DNA of 64,000 bases from Curvularia clavata (taxonomy: Eukaryota): the NCBI GenBank assembly GCA_023920165.1, contig CP089276.1, positions 1,674,001 through 1,738,000 on the forward strand, written 5' to 3'. The notes below the pieces were generated by a model that was given only the letters and a program-made list of their open reading frames with translations, was not told the DNA's origin and searched no databases. The position numbers and the translations under genes were made by a program. This document shows, piece after piece, positions 1 to 12,383 of this stretch (positions within the stretch are counted from its first letter, which is position 1; every line of letters starts with the position of its first letter).

Positions 1-149
1 GGATATAAGACTACTATCATACCTCTAAACCGGGCGCCTCAAATCTATGCTTCTTTTTCTCACAAACGCCCTTCAACCCCAGTACCTATGCTTCGCATCT
101 GCGTTGTCCATCTGCATTTCGTGCTCCAACAATGTTTCTGCAAAGTTAC

Positions 150-1230
150 TCAGGCCCGGCTGGGCCATCGTTTCTTCAGCTCTTCGTATACGGTGAAGAT
201 AAACGCAGAACTGGGAATCGATCTTGCGACAGTGATGCCGCATCCGCGATACATTCCCTTGATGCCTGACTGTTTCCAAAGCACCTTTCCTACTGCCGTG
301 AAAGTCGATTTCCCGCCAGTCAGCTGCTTGACGTCTTCTGTCTGCATCCTTGACTTGATTGTGTCGGCAGGAAAGAACATGAAGTTGTATGCGGCGCCAG
401 CAACTGACCCAGAAGCCATGCGCTGCCACACAAGGAGATCCTCATCTTTAGCTGATCCGCTGGTTCCCTTGAAGAAGATTTTCATGCCTTCGTATCCACC
501 AAACCACGCGGCTCCACCTCCTGTTTCTCGAATCAAGGTTCCGAATTGGCCATGCCAGTAGCCCATGAAACCCTGATGGCGATATATGGATGCAATGACT
601 CCTGAGATTGTTGGAGCGGCAACCGTATGGTTAGGTGCTGTGACAGGGACTTGCATTTTGCACTTGACAAGTTCAATGGGAGTAAGAAATAACGATGTAA
701 TGGCTCCAGCAATCATGCCAGAAAGTAGCATGCCTGAGTAGGGCAGATCCCTTTCAGGGTCTCTTTTCAATTCAGGATATATGCCTGAGGCTTTGAGAGC
801 GTCTCCTGCAATGCGATACTGTAGACCACATCAGCTTGGAACGCAGGGTCTGGATAAACTAACGACTTACACTGAAGAACAGGGTGCTGGATTCTACTGC
901 AGCTCCTACCAGAGGCGCACTGATACCTCTGTATATGCCTAGCAATCCGTCTTGCCGTATTGATTTCTTGAAGCAGTCCAACGGCCCAGCGTATCGGAGC
1001 GGTATGGTGTCTGGTTGTGACTGTAGACGGACCTTGACCGTGTCGAAGGGATACTCAATGTACTTGCCCACAACACCGGCTACCGATCCACACAGGATAT
1101 CTTTCAGGGCTTCTTCTCCGCTGCCACTTGCCTGCGTTGCAGCAGGGCCCCGTACTTCATCCATGAGAATTGCGTTGGGCAGCCCGCCTCTTCCCCCCAC
1201 TACGCCCACGGCACTCTTATGTGCTTCCAT
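150..1230 (-). CDS. ORT1: Mitochondrial ornithine/amino-acid carrier (MCF family; ORT1/arg-13/amcA-like)
   Basis: Three carrier signatures Px[DE]xxKxR/K ([33 protein letters not shown]). Intron 819-870 (GTAAGT..CAG). ATG at 1230 chosen; the ORF track extends further upstream. Confidence 0.85.
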
Positions 1231-1906
1231 CAACCTCTGGTATGTTTGGGTATAATTGTTTTCGTATAGGACGGTCAAAGTATGCTGTGAGGGAGCAAGG
1301 GCATGTTTGGGTACCCAGAGTCGTGGGCGGTGAGAGGCGCGAAGATGACAGTTATGAAGTAGCGCTCATATCAAGGGGCGAAACGCGACGACAGTTTTCT
1401 GCGATTGCGAGCGGAGGGAGGCCAGGAAGTGAGGCAGCACGAAGAAAGTCGGACGGGAGAAGGCAGCGGGCCGTGGGTGCGCGACTATAGATGAATTCAA
1501 TTACACGACTCTGACGCCCAACGTGATACAAATCGAGAAAGGCTTTTCCCTAGCCCCGAAAAAAATCTTCAGGGCATCATCAACGAGGGATTATGGTTCG
1601 CATCAGGGGGCACAAAGCCCAGCGAGTCCGAGCATGCCGTGGACTAGACTGCGGGCGCAACGAACTCCAGACACCCCCCTCGACAAGTCCGCAGGGCGTC
1701 TTCTGCGCTTTTTCTGACAATCTTATCAGATCAGATGGAAGCATCACAACCTGTCACTGCACAAGCCACCCCGCTTTCGGCAAGCGGACCCTTGCTAAGG
1801 AATGCGAGCTATCGATATCGGCTAAACTTTTCTCGCGCCGCCGGGGTCGACAAGTTTGGCGCAGACGGACGATCCTGATGCAACAGGCTTGCGCAACACC
1901 ACAAAC

Positions 1907-2376
1907 ATGTCCAACTCGGTAGTAGTCGAGGCGCCACCTGCAACGGAGTCAGTGCCCGTCAAGGGCATGAAGAAGAACGGTATGCGCGGTACCAGCGCTG
2001 TTTGCGGGACACCACCATCTAATAACCTGCGCAGGCAAGCAATGGCACGATAACAAGGCTCCGTTCCGTCCAAAAGCCAATCAATCATCATGGGAGAAGC
2101 GTCAGGCTGAGAGAAAGGCGCTCGCTGCAGTCAAAGCAAAAGAGAAGGAACTCAAGGAGGAGAAGGAGGCTGAGAGACAGGTGAGAGATGTGTTTGCTTA
2201 CCCTGCGCGGCATTTGTGGGCTAACGATGTAACAGCGACGAATCGAAGCCATCAAGACGAAACGAGCGGCAAAAGAAGAACGCGAACGTTTTGCCAAGAT
2301 GGAGGAGAAGATGCACAAGAGGCGCGTTGAGCGTCTGAAGAGGAAGGAGAAGCGCAACAAGTTGCTCAATTCATGA
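1907..2376 (+). CDS. CGR1: rRNA-processing protein Cgr1
   Basis: Spliced product [20 protein letters not shown]...[21 protein letters not shown] matches the Cgr1 family. Introns 1980-2034 and 2181-2235. Confidence 0.9.
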
Positions 2377-2831
2377 GCGCATACGGCGGCGAATTCGTAG
2401 CCAAACAGCAAATCAACCAGGAAAATACCGCTTGGAGGGAAGAACATAAGCTGGCAAAAGCGACCATCCTATGCTCCAGACACGCAGGGGTGGATAGGGC
2501 GCGTTCAGCCTGACCTGAAGGACGATGTGACACAAGCCTCGCCAGTTTGGACATGTAGGGGCAAACACCGATACCCAAATGCACAAAGTAGATAGCAATC
2601 ACTGCTAATTTTCGCCATGCCTGCTAGTTTTCGTGTTTCTCGAGCTGTGATAACTGAGACTGGACCAAAACGATCAGGATATGGTACAGAGGCCGCGACA
2701 TGTTTATATCAAAGAGAGGAGAAGTAGCAAGGCAGTAACTGCAAACCCATGAATGGTGCCAGAGGATCTTCTGCTGTCTCCATTCACATGCTTGCCCACT
2801 GGGGGCTAGCGTAAAGGACCCCTGTACAGCG

Positions 2832-4172
2832 ATGCGACGCTCGGACGACGAGCTCGCAACTACGCAACTTCAACATCAACTGCCTCCCCCGGCCCTCGCA
2901 GGCGTCCGCCATGACATGGACGCATCGCTTCATTTTCATGCAGGTCTTGCCGACCCCACAGCATTCCGCCCTAGTCTCCAGAGCTCCAGATCAGAAACCC
3001 GTGTGACGTCTGACCCCGTAAAGAAGTCGCAGTCGCAGTCGCATTCCCACAAGCACAAGCATAAGTCGTCGCGTCACCATCACGACAGCCACGATGGCCA
3101 CCACCGCCACAGCTCTAGCCGACGTCATGCGGCTAAGGAAGCCATGCAGTCGGCTATCCAGATACAGCCACCTGCCAGCTTTGGAGACCTGTTGAGACAG
3201 GCACGAGGAAGTAGGGACACCAGCCCCAGTCATAGTCGCAGGCAGAGCATAGGCCCAAGACAAGGAGATGGGAGCGCAAGCGGAAGGGAGGAAGGCACTC
3301 CTGGTATCACGATCCCACCGCGGAGGCCGCTTCGTCCGGCGGATATAGAGCTAGAGGCAAGAAGGGTCAAGGCTAGGGAACAGTTAGTCTGCGTCACTGG
3401 CGATCACTCATGCGCCATGCTCCGCATAAGATATTCTCTGACATGGCATACAGACACCTTCGCGCTGCCCTCCAGTCCCTTTCGGACCAATCTCTCAAAA
3501 CCTCGCGGCGTCTAGATGATACATACTATGGGGTTCTCGAAAAGATATCCGTGCTACGACAGACTATCAGTACGCTACACGAGCTGTCGGGCCTTACTAG
3601 AGAACTACACGAGAATTTTGAAACAGACACTTCAGAGCTAGTAGAGGATGTGACTAGTCAAGTTCAAGCATTCGACGGCTTCAAGACACAGCAAGAGCAA
3701 ATCAGCAGCCTTGAGGAGCGGCTCAACGCAGGGAAGAAGAAGGCGGATGCTCTGACGACAAGACTTGAACAAGCAAAAGAGCGTGTCGAAGCAAGAGCCA
3801 AGTCAGAAGCAGAATTGCAGGCAAAAAATACCCGTATGTACAGCTCGCAGCATTGTCACGGATATCCTGTTGAGCTAACATCTCCCAGATTGCACACGCA
3901 TCTTCTGGGGCGTGGTGGCGTTCATAGCCTCCGTCTTCTTTATCTTCATTCTCTCCCACACCTCTCGCCCGGTCCATGACAGCGTCGACCAACACAAGCC
4001 CGGATTGGACCCCGCAACTCGCGATGCTATCCTAAGTGCAAATATACCGAAAATCGCAAAGGAAGTAATTATAGGGCCAGAGACACCCAAGAGCAGCCCA
4101 ACAGTCGGCGCGGCCGATACTGGACCTAGTCTCGAGGACGATGAGCGCCTTCGCGCATTTGACGAGCTGTGA
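2832..4172 (+). CDS. Hypothetical protein: His/Ser-rich N-terminus, coiled coil, single TM near the C-terminus
   Basis: Three ORF pieces join in frame via introns 3383-3453 and 3834-3888. Hydrophobic segment IFWGVVAFIASVFFIFIL. Confidence 0.7.
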
Positions 4173-4789
4173 TATTTTTCGTCGTATTTAGATTTCCTAA
4201 GATACCCCAGTGCTACATCATAGCAGGCATTGTGTCCCGTAGAGTTTTTGATATGATTATTTTTCCAATCCGTAGAATGAATTCGTCGTGTTTGGTACTG
4301 ATAACATGCATCCCCGTATATGTGTTTGCAAAGCATGCCTATACCTTGGCAATCTCGGTTATTTCCATTGAATGGTTTTTCTGTGAGGCCGATTTCATGC
4401 AGTGTAAGTAGACGAGCAAAGAAAGACGAAGTGGAAGAAGAGGGAGAAATAACAATACATTTAAGGTGGGAAAATAGCGTAGCGGCACGAGCAAGACTAG
4501 TCGGATCGGTGTCGGTAGATGGTGTCACTCAGAGGCATATGGAAGTGCGTGGGACAGCAGGAACACCTTAGCTTCGGTAGGCACTGATAGGCGTAGTACG
4601 AGAGGATATTAAAAAAATCTACCGAACATCGATAGGAGGTACCTGGTACTTATACCTCCGGTACGGATCTCCATGGGATCTTCTTCTGCCCTGGGTGTCA
4701 GGATCTGGTTCAGTTTGGACCAATCCAGCTCTATCTATTCCAGCCCCATCTCCTTTAGTAAACAAGAGGGTGACCAGGACTATAGATAC

Positions 4790-5160
4790 TTAGTAGTCGC
4801 TAGAGAATCTTGCTTACGATTTGTCTCGTGTAGAAATGACTATTGATATATAGACTACTCTGATCTACCTCGTGCTGTGCTTCTATTCAACTAACAGTCT
4901 AGGACTTGGTCGGATCTCGATGGGCTGGCTCGCTGGGTAAGTCTTGGGCAGTGAATGGTTACAATTATTACTTCATTGTTCTAATTTGCTTTCTATTTGC
5001 TTTCTATAGGCTTAATACGCTAACCAAGTAGTAATTTAATAACTATTCAAGCCATTTGTCTGTGTCCGCCGTACTAGACAAGCCATTAATATTAGCTAAG
5101 CCTAGCTAAGTTTCTGCTTTAATTAGCTTAGTATTTTCTGTTTTTGTACATTAAGTAGAT
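4790..5160. other. AT/TpA-rich non-coding tract, possible RIP-degraded repeat relic
   Basis: No ORF in the track between 4571 and 5530. Visibly TA-rich (e.g. attaatattagctaagcctagctaag) compared with the GC-rich flanks. Confidence 0.35.
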
Positions 5161-5308
5161 GGCTGATTCTGCCTCTTCTCCTGCTCGTCCACTTGCACTG
5201 CGTGAAGTCAGTCTCATAGCAGCAGACTCTTCCACAGCCAGTAGAACCGGGAAATCAAAATGAGCTCACATATAAAGACACTCTGTCAAAACTGAGACAA
5301 AAACACAA

Positions 5309-5603
5309 CTGTGACAACTACAGCTGTTTCAAAGTTGGTGATTTTGCTTAAATGCAAGGCGGTTGTATATCCCACTATTTTCTAGCTTACCAAATGTGGA
5401 ATATATACCTGTGACAACTACAGCTATTTCGAACTTGGTAACTTTGCTCAAATGCAAGGTGATTGTATAGGCCGCCATTTTCTGATTCCACTGGTTGCAG
5501 GATATGTACCTGTGACAACTACAGCTATTTTAAAGATAGCGATTTTGCTTAATGCAAATTAGTTGTGTAAGCCGCCATTTTCTGGTTTCACCGGTTGCGG
5601 GAG
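5309..5603. repeat. Degenerate tandem repeat, 3 x ~100 bp
   Basis: CTGTGACAACTACAGCT starts at 5309, 5409 and 5510. Shared internal blocks TTTGCT, AATGCAA, TTGT and ATTTTCT. Confidence 0.9.
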
Positions 5604-5689
5604 TCAATCCACGTACGACAAAGCATTTCGTAAGGTAGGCCAACAAATATGAACATGCAACATCAATTGACTTGTAAAAAAAGGTACAG

Positions 5690-5697
5690 TATGTACA
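5690..5697 (-). promoter_or_regulatory. Puf3-type element UGUACAUA in the complex I 49 kDa subunit 3' UTR
   Basis: The + strand tatgtaca reads TGTACATA in sense, about 84 nt after the stop codon, matching UGUA[ACU]AUA. Confidence 0.5.
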
Positions 5698-5780
5698 ACC
5701 CGCCCTCAAAGCCTCACTAAAACTCATAATTGAGCAAAACAAGAAGATCTTTCTATTGTTTTCGTCTGAATCTTAACTTG

Positions 5781-7255
5781 CTAGCGGTCCACTTCTCCGA
5801 ATACAAGGTCCATGGTGCCAATAATGGCGACGGCATCGGCAAGGAGATGTCCGCGTGATATCTGGTCCATGCAGGCCAAGTGTGCGAATCCAGGTGCCCT
5901 AATCTTGCACCTGTATGGCCTCTCGCTACCGTCTGAAACAAGGAATACACCCATCTCTCCCTTTGGTGCCTCAATGGCACTGTATGTCTCACCAGGTGGG
6001 ACAGTGTAACCCTTGCTGAAGAGCAAGAAGTGGTGAATGAGGGCCTCCATGTTCTCCTTCATGGCGGCACGTGGTGGAGGAGCAATCTTGTAGTCCTCAA
6101 CCTTGACAGGGCCGGCAGGCATCTGGTTCAAGCACTGGTGAATAATGCGAAGGGACTGGCGGAACTCCTCCATGCGGCAGAGGTAGCGGTCGTAGCAGTC
6201 GCCGTTAACACCAACTGGAACGTCAAAGTCAACCAGGCCGTAGGCATCGTACGGCTGGGACTTTCGAATGTCCCACGGCACGCCAGATCCACGGAGCATG
6301 ACACCAGAGAAGGAGTAGTTGATGGCGTCGGCAGCGGGAACGACACCAATGCCCTTGGTGCGGCCAATCCAGATACGGTTGTCCGTCAACATCTCCTCAG
6401 TCTCATCGATACGGTCACCAAACTGGGTGGCCCATTGGTAGATGTCATCAAGCAGACCAAGGGGGAGATCCTGCGAAACACCACCGGGGCGAACGTAGGC
6501 TGCGTGGAGACGGGCGCCAGAGACACGCTCGTAGAATTCCTACCAGAGTCAATATATGCAGAAGTTTATGCTTGGTGTGAACCTACCATGAGCTTCTCAC
6601 GCTCCTCGAAGCCCCACAGGAAGGGTGTGAGAGCGCCAACGTCCATGGCGTGGGACAAAACGGACATGAGATGGTTCAGAATGCGCGTAATCTCACCAAA
6701 CATGGTGCGGATGTACTTGGCACGAAGTGGGATGTCAATGTTGAGCAGCTTCTCGACAGCCAGCGAGAAGCACTGCTCGTTGGTCATCATGGAGACGTAG
6801 TCGAGACGGTCGAAGTAGGGCAGAGCCTGGAGGTATGTTCGGTACTCAATCAACTTCTCTGTGCCTCGGTGCAACAGTCCAACGTGCGGGTCGGCGCGAA
6901 CAATCTCCTCACCATTGAGTTCGAGGATCAATCGCAACACACCGTGGGCAGCGGGATGCTGGGGTCCGAAGTTGACAGTGTAGTGCCGGATCTTCCTGGT
7001 GTCTACGTGATCGTCCTCCTCGGCGCGGGTTTCCTGAGCCGTCTCAGCGGGTGCAACACCCCCAAAGTTGGAGTCGGTCTGAACCAGCCGCGTGCGCTGG
7101 CTCTCGTCGACCTGAGCGTATCGGCGGGGAAGTGAAGTCGATAGGCATCGCGCAATGGGTCGAGAAGGGAATGCGGATCGGAGTTGGGGATGGGAGGCGT
7201 TCAGGCACACCCGCTTCGCCGCGGGGCCGGCCAGACGGGCAAAAGAGACGGGCAT
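5781..7255 (-). CDS. nuo-49: NADH:ubiquinone oxidoreductase 49 kDa subunit (NDUFS2/NuoD)
   Basis: [32 protein letters not shown] and C-terminal DLVFGEVDR. Arg-rich presequence [10 protein letters not shown]. Intron 6540-6586. Confidence 0.97.
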
Positions 7256-7489
7256 GGTGGTTCTGTCTCTCTCTCTACCGCGGTTGTGGAGCCTCAATGG
7301 GCGTGTAGAGTGGAGAGCGAGGTCGTGGCGTTGGGAGGGGAGCTTTCCTCGCATCGATGATGCCTCCAGATTGAATCCGCCGCTATTGGCCGCCCGGGCC
7401 TTGGCGTGGCCGCGGCTCGCTCGAACTTTTTGTAGAACCGCAAGTTGCTGCCCACCCAAAACACAAATCTTGGAATCAACGCCGCCACC

Positions 7490-8751
7490 ATGTCGAAACC
7501 GAGTGCGCAGGAGCTCATGAGGCGCAAGGTACTTACGCGACTCGAAATATACAAGAGATGACGTTTTAACTGGTATTCTAGACGCTTCAAGTTGGCCCAG
7601 AGACGGTCATGAACCAGCAGTCTACCGACTTTCCAGGACATTGGCCGGGCGAGAACCACGAGTGGGACCTGGATTATTTCAAAGAGGTATGTGCAGTTTG
7701 CATGGTTTCTATGCCATTCCTTGTTTTCCTGTTATATTGTGCTGGTCCAACTCACACTTTACAGAACTTTAATGTCACCTTCCATAGCCACAGTCCCTAC
7801 GACACACAGTTCTCTCTTACTGGCATCGATACCTCGGTAGCTAACGCCTTTCGCCGCATATTACTCTCCGAGATCCCCACGCTAGCTATCGAAGATGTCT
7901 TCATCTACCAAAATACGTCCATTATCCAAGACGAAGTACTTGCCCACCGCCTGGGTCTGATTCCCTTGTGTGGCGACCGCGAGGGTCTGCGTTGGATGAA
8001 ATGGTACTCCAAGCCCTCTGAGGACGAACAGGGCTCAGGCACACCCACCGATTACAACACTGTGGTATTGAGACTAGATGTAGAGTGCAAATGGCAGGAG
8101 GGTGGTCTACAAAGAGCAGTCGCTGGTGAAACCGACCCGGACAAACTCTACATCGGCCACAACGTCTACGCCAAAGACATCGTTTTCAAGCCCACTGGCC
8201 GTCAACTCGAACTATTCTCTCCCGAACAAGGCAAAGAAATCCGATCCACCAACCCAGACATCCTAATTGCAAAGATGAGGCCCGGCCAGAGCATAAACCT
8301 GAGCATGCACGCTATCAAGGGCATTGGACAAGACCACGCCAAGTTTTCTCCTGTAGCAACGGCTTCTTATCGCCTTATGCCTACCATTGACATTACGAAG
8401 CCCATTGTGGGCGCTGATGCGAAAAAGTTTGCGCGCTGCTTCCCCCGCGGCGTCATTCGCCTTGACACCGTCACTGCTACCGATGCTCAACAACACCCGG
8501 AACTCGAAGGCAAGGAGGGCGAGCCCAAGGCCGTCGTCGCAAACGCCATGAACGACACTGTCAGCAGAGAGTGCTTGCGACACCCAGAGTTCAAGGACAA
8601 GGTCAAGCTAGGACGGATACGGGACCACTTCATCTTTCGGGTGGAGAGCACGGGCCAGTGGGAGAGCGATGAGCTGTTCTTGGAGAGCGTCAAGTTGCTC
8701 AAAATCAAGTGCCAGAGGATCAAGCGAGGACTCGAGGAAATGAACAAATAA
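7490..8751 (+). CDS. RPC40: RNA polymerase I/III shared subunit AC40
   Basis: [62 protein letters not shown]. Introns 7529-7581 and 7687-7764. Confidence 0.95.
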
Positions 8752-9304
8752 ATGTTGGCGAGGCAGATCCGGAGCAAGCATGCATTTCCAACGGCGTTTT
8801 CTGGGGCATTCATGGTGGCGGGCTACTTTTCTTCTTCTCACTTTCTTCCATCTCGAAAAAAAAAAGACTTTACGATATCACGGAGCGAACTCTCCTTAGC
8901 TGGATGGATGACATGTATGGTACGGAGCACACGAGTAATATCTCTTCCAGGAAATTACTATCGATTGTATCATACATGCACCTGGCAACCTTTCTCGACA
9001 TCATCTGATCTGAACCCCCTCGCACAGCACTCTCGTGTATCTATTGTGAACAAACAGTCGAAGCAGTAGAAAAGCCGACAGAGAACCCGCAATAGTCGAG
9101 ACATGAATATTGGAAACAAACAACGTGGTATATGGGCAAAGGAAGCAAGAACATGCCGAAGAGACCTAACAAACTAAGGGTATATGCTCCTGACCTCCGG
9201 TGACACCCTGCTGAACACATCAATAAGAAAGACTGAAAGCAAGCCGTACCCAGTATATTCCAGCGGCTTTTTTTGTTGCATATATGTAGTTTGTCTGACG
9301 GCTA

Positions 9305-10265
9305 CTAGAGCTCTGCCAGCGCCTCGTCACACAGTTTACGAATACTTGCTGGGTCAAATCGTGGACGTAACGTCAGGTGCCTCCTCCTCTGCTGAAGATC
9401 GTCCCTTTGTTCATACGACAGATTGCCCGTCCGTGTACTTCTGAACTGCGACTTGGTCGGCGAAGCTGAAGGAGTTGAGAAAGAGGACCTCACACCATGG
9501 ATGCCGGTGCTCCCTTTTAACGTGTGTACACTGGCGAGGTGGTTTTGTAGCATTTCGACGAATGAGGATGTACCGGGCGGGAGTTGGACTTCTGCCACTG
9601 GCTTGGGTGGCATTGGGTGCCTTGACAGAGGGGAGAGCATGCCCGCATCCTCGAGATGTCTTGACTCAAGTTCAGCCGCGGTTTCGGTGTCCGTACGTGC
9701 ACTAATTTGAGGCGGCGATGGGAAACAAAACCCCCTGAGCTCAAGATCGATGTCCTGCTCCAAGCCGAAGGCATCTGACATCATGCTTGAGGACGAAGTG
9801 CGACGAGAAGCGCTTAGATTGGAGGATTTGGTTTTCAAGCGGCCAAGCCATACCTGTTCTGCTGGGAAAGTAGCGGATTCTGGCGTTGAAGGCAGCTCAT
9901 CGTCGACGGTTGGAGTTGAGCAGGTTGACAGCGGTAGTGAAAGGGCGGCAATAGCAGCATTGTAGTAGTCCTCCGCCGCAACCAGCTCCTTGTAACGGTT
10001 CTTTAGCGTGGCCTCTCTCGCCAGAGTGTCATGTGATAGCGCAGTGTAAAAATTGAGATATGCCAGGTGAATTGGATGGACCTACTCCATGTTAGTCCTG
10101 TTGCGACCAAGAAGGGAAGGTGTAATGTGTATGTTTACATACGTCGCGATCCACCTCGCCGAGCAAGCGCTCTCCAGACCTTGCGCATTGTGTGTAGTGT
10201 CGACTGAGGTACAGACTCTTGAGCGCCTGCATCTGCTGCTTCAATTGGACGTGTTTCGGTTGCAT
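9305..10265 (-). CDS. Hypothetical protein
   Basis: Exon 1 MQPKHVQLKQQMQALKSLYLSRHYTQCA...VDRD, intron 10082-10142 (GTATGT..CTAAC..TAG), then VHPIHLAYLNFYTALSHD... ending RPRFDPASIRKLCDEALAEL. Confidence 0.7.
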
Positions 10266-11308
10266 CAACATTGCGGTTGAGTTTTATCCTGTTCTTTTGG
10301 AAGTTGATGGTTGGAAGATCAACACTCGAGTTCGAAGTTGTACCGAAAGAAAGGCTGTTGCCGGTGTGTGGCCGAGCAGGGGAGGGAAGGAGAGGCGCAA
10401 CGAATGGAGAGAAGCAGATCTTTATTCTACGACTCAGTAACGCTGGCTATTAAGGGGAGGAACCAGATTTGATCGAGCCGGCGAGGGGAACGGTTGGACG
10501 AGACCAAAGGGACAAAATAGCCGTATAACGCGCAGGCGGTTGCCAAACGCATGTAAGAATCCACCTTCCTGTTTGTGGTTGCTATCTCAACGGTTCAGGG
10601 TACATGCCTGCTGGCCAATGATGACAGGTATGGGACGGGACGCTACCAGAGCACCCTGGGAGAATTGTGCGAACGGCGACAAAATAAAGCACGAACATCT
10701 ATACAACGCCATAATATATAACGCCTCCCGGCACTACGCTTGGTCCGGTTTTCATGTCACTTGGACAGATGCCGAAGGGGTGCGAGGGGCGGTTGTTTCT
10801 AGTGATGCAGTCATGTTTCAACACAACCTACGCTTAGCCGAATCCGGCACTAACCTTACCAGGACCGGCCAGGCACAACGTTAGTCCACCAAGAACATGC
10901 AGAGGGCTCCGCAACCTTCCCCTCCTTTTCGCTTGTACGAAGGCGGTTTTCGTTTCGCCGAGCGGCTGTCAAAACCAAGGCTGGGTGCTGCCATATTTGG
11001 CCGTGGCCTGAGCCATGCCTTTACCTTAGTCGTGTTTCTTTCTGCATTTGGTGGTGCTCCGGCAACAGTGGCTACGATTTTCGCAGCAATTCTGCGACCA
11101 AGTTAGTCGATGAATGAGAGGACTTGCCTTAATATAACGGCGAGTCGTAACAGGACAGTCGTCGATTAGACACGACACATGACGGCACGGGATGACTGCG
11201 GTAAAGTTTCCATGAACTGGCTAATACAGATGAGCTATGGATAGATGTTTATTCTACACAGCCCAGGGGACATGGAGCCAGATTCTCGGGATATCAAGTC
11301 TCAAACAT

Positions 11309-12383
11309 TTAACCCTCCGAAGCGGCCGCACCAGTGATGATCTCAACAAGTTCGCCAGTAATGACGGCTTGACGTGTTCGGTTGTACAGAATCTGGAACT
11401 TGTTGATCATCTCTCCGGCGTTCTTGGAAGCATTGTCCATGGCGTTTTGACGCGCAGACTGCTCGCAGGCATGGCCCTCGGCCAAGGCCCAGTAGAGCGA
11501 GTTGGCCAGAGCGTACTCACGGAGGTTGGGGAGAACCTCGTCCTCAATCTCGAAAGCGGAGAAGTTGGCTACATGTTGAGTCAGAATACAGTTTCGTGAT
11601 ATGCAACCCATGACGACATACCGGACTGAGCAATGGCCTCCTCAGAGTAGGCCTCCTGGATGATGGGCTCGTAGCTCGAGGCGTTGATGAACTTGTTGTA
11701 GACAATCTTGACGGAAGCATAGTCGGTAGGGAGCAGAGAAATCTGGTCGGCAATGCACAGAGAGTCGGCAAAGGTAGGGACGTCCTTTCCGGCACCAGCG
11801 AAAGAAAGGACCATGTTCTTTCCGTTGGAACGGCCGAGCTGAGCCTTGCACTTCTCGCCAATGACGGCCAAATCCGTATTCGGGCTCTCGAGGAGCATAG
11901 CCCTGACCTTCCTCGACATTCCAGAGTGGATACCACCGCAGAGACCCTTGTCCGAGCTGCAGACAATGATGAGGTCCTTCTTGCCCTCGCTCTCAATCGG
12001 CTTGGTCTCGGCGTTCTCGAAAACCTCGTTGGAGGTCTGACCGTACTTGCGGGACTCAAACATAGCCTTTTGGGCGCGGGTGAGCTTGGTCGAGGCGACG
12101 ACCTTCATGGTCTTGGTGATCTTCTCAATGTTGCGAATCGACTTGAGACGGCCCTCAATTTCACGGAGAGTGGCATAGCCGGCGGCATTGGAGGCAGTAA
12201 GGGCGGCAGGCCTATATACACGAGTTTTGGTCAGCATTCGATGTAGTTGGCGATGCAATTGATCCGGCAATGGGGGGGTTGCGAGGTGCGAGAAAAGCTG
12301 CGAACTTGGACGGGAGCGTACCGGGCGGCGGCGGCGGCCATGCCAGCCTTCAGAGCCGGGCGCGCAGCTCGTGACAGCATCAT
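11309..12383 (-). CDS. ATP3: Mitochondrial ATP synthase F1 gamma subunit
   Basis: [54 protein letters not shown]. Introns 12212-12321 and 11569-11621. Confidence 0.97.

Noticed and set aside
4403..4700. Solo LTR starting TGTAAG
   Set aside because: No matching CA terminus with target-site duplication, or second copy, found.
5309..5603. CRISPR-like array or ankyrin/TPR coding repeat
   Set aside because: Eukaryotic context, the 'spacers' are homologous to each other, no cas genes, the period is not a multiple of 3, and the translations I tried show no repeat-protein motif.
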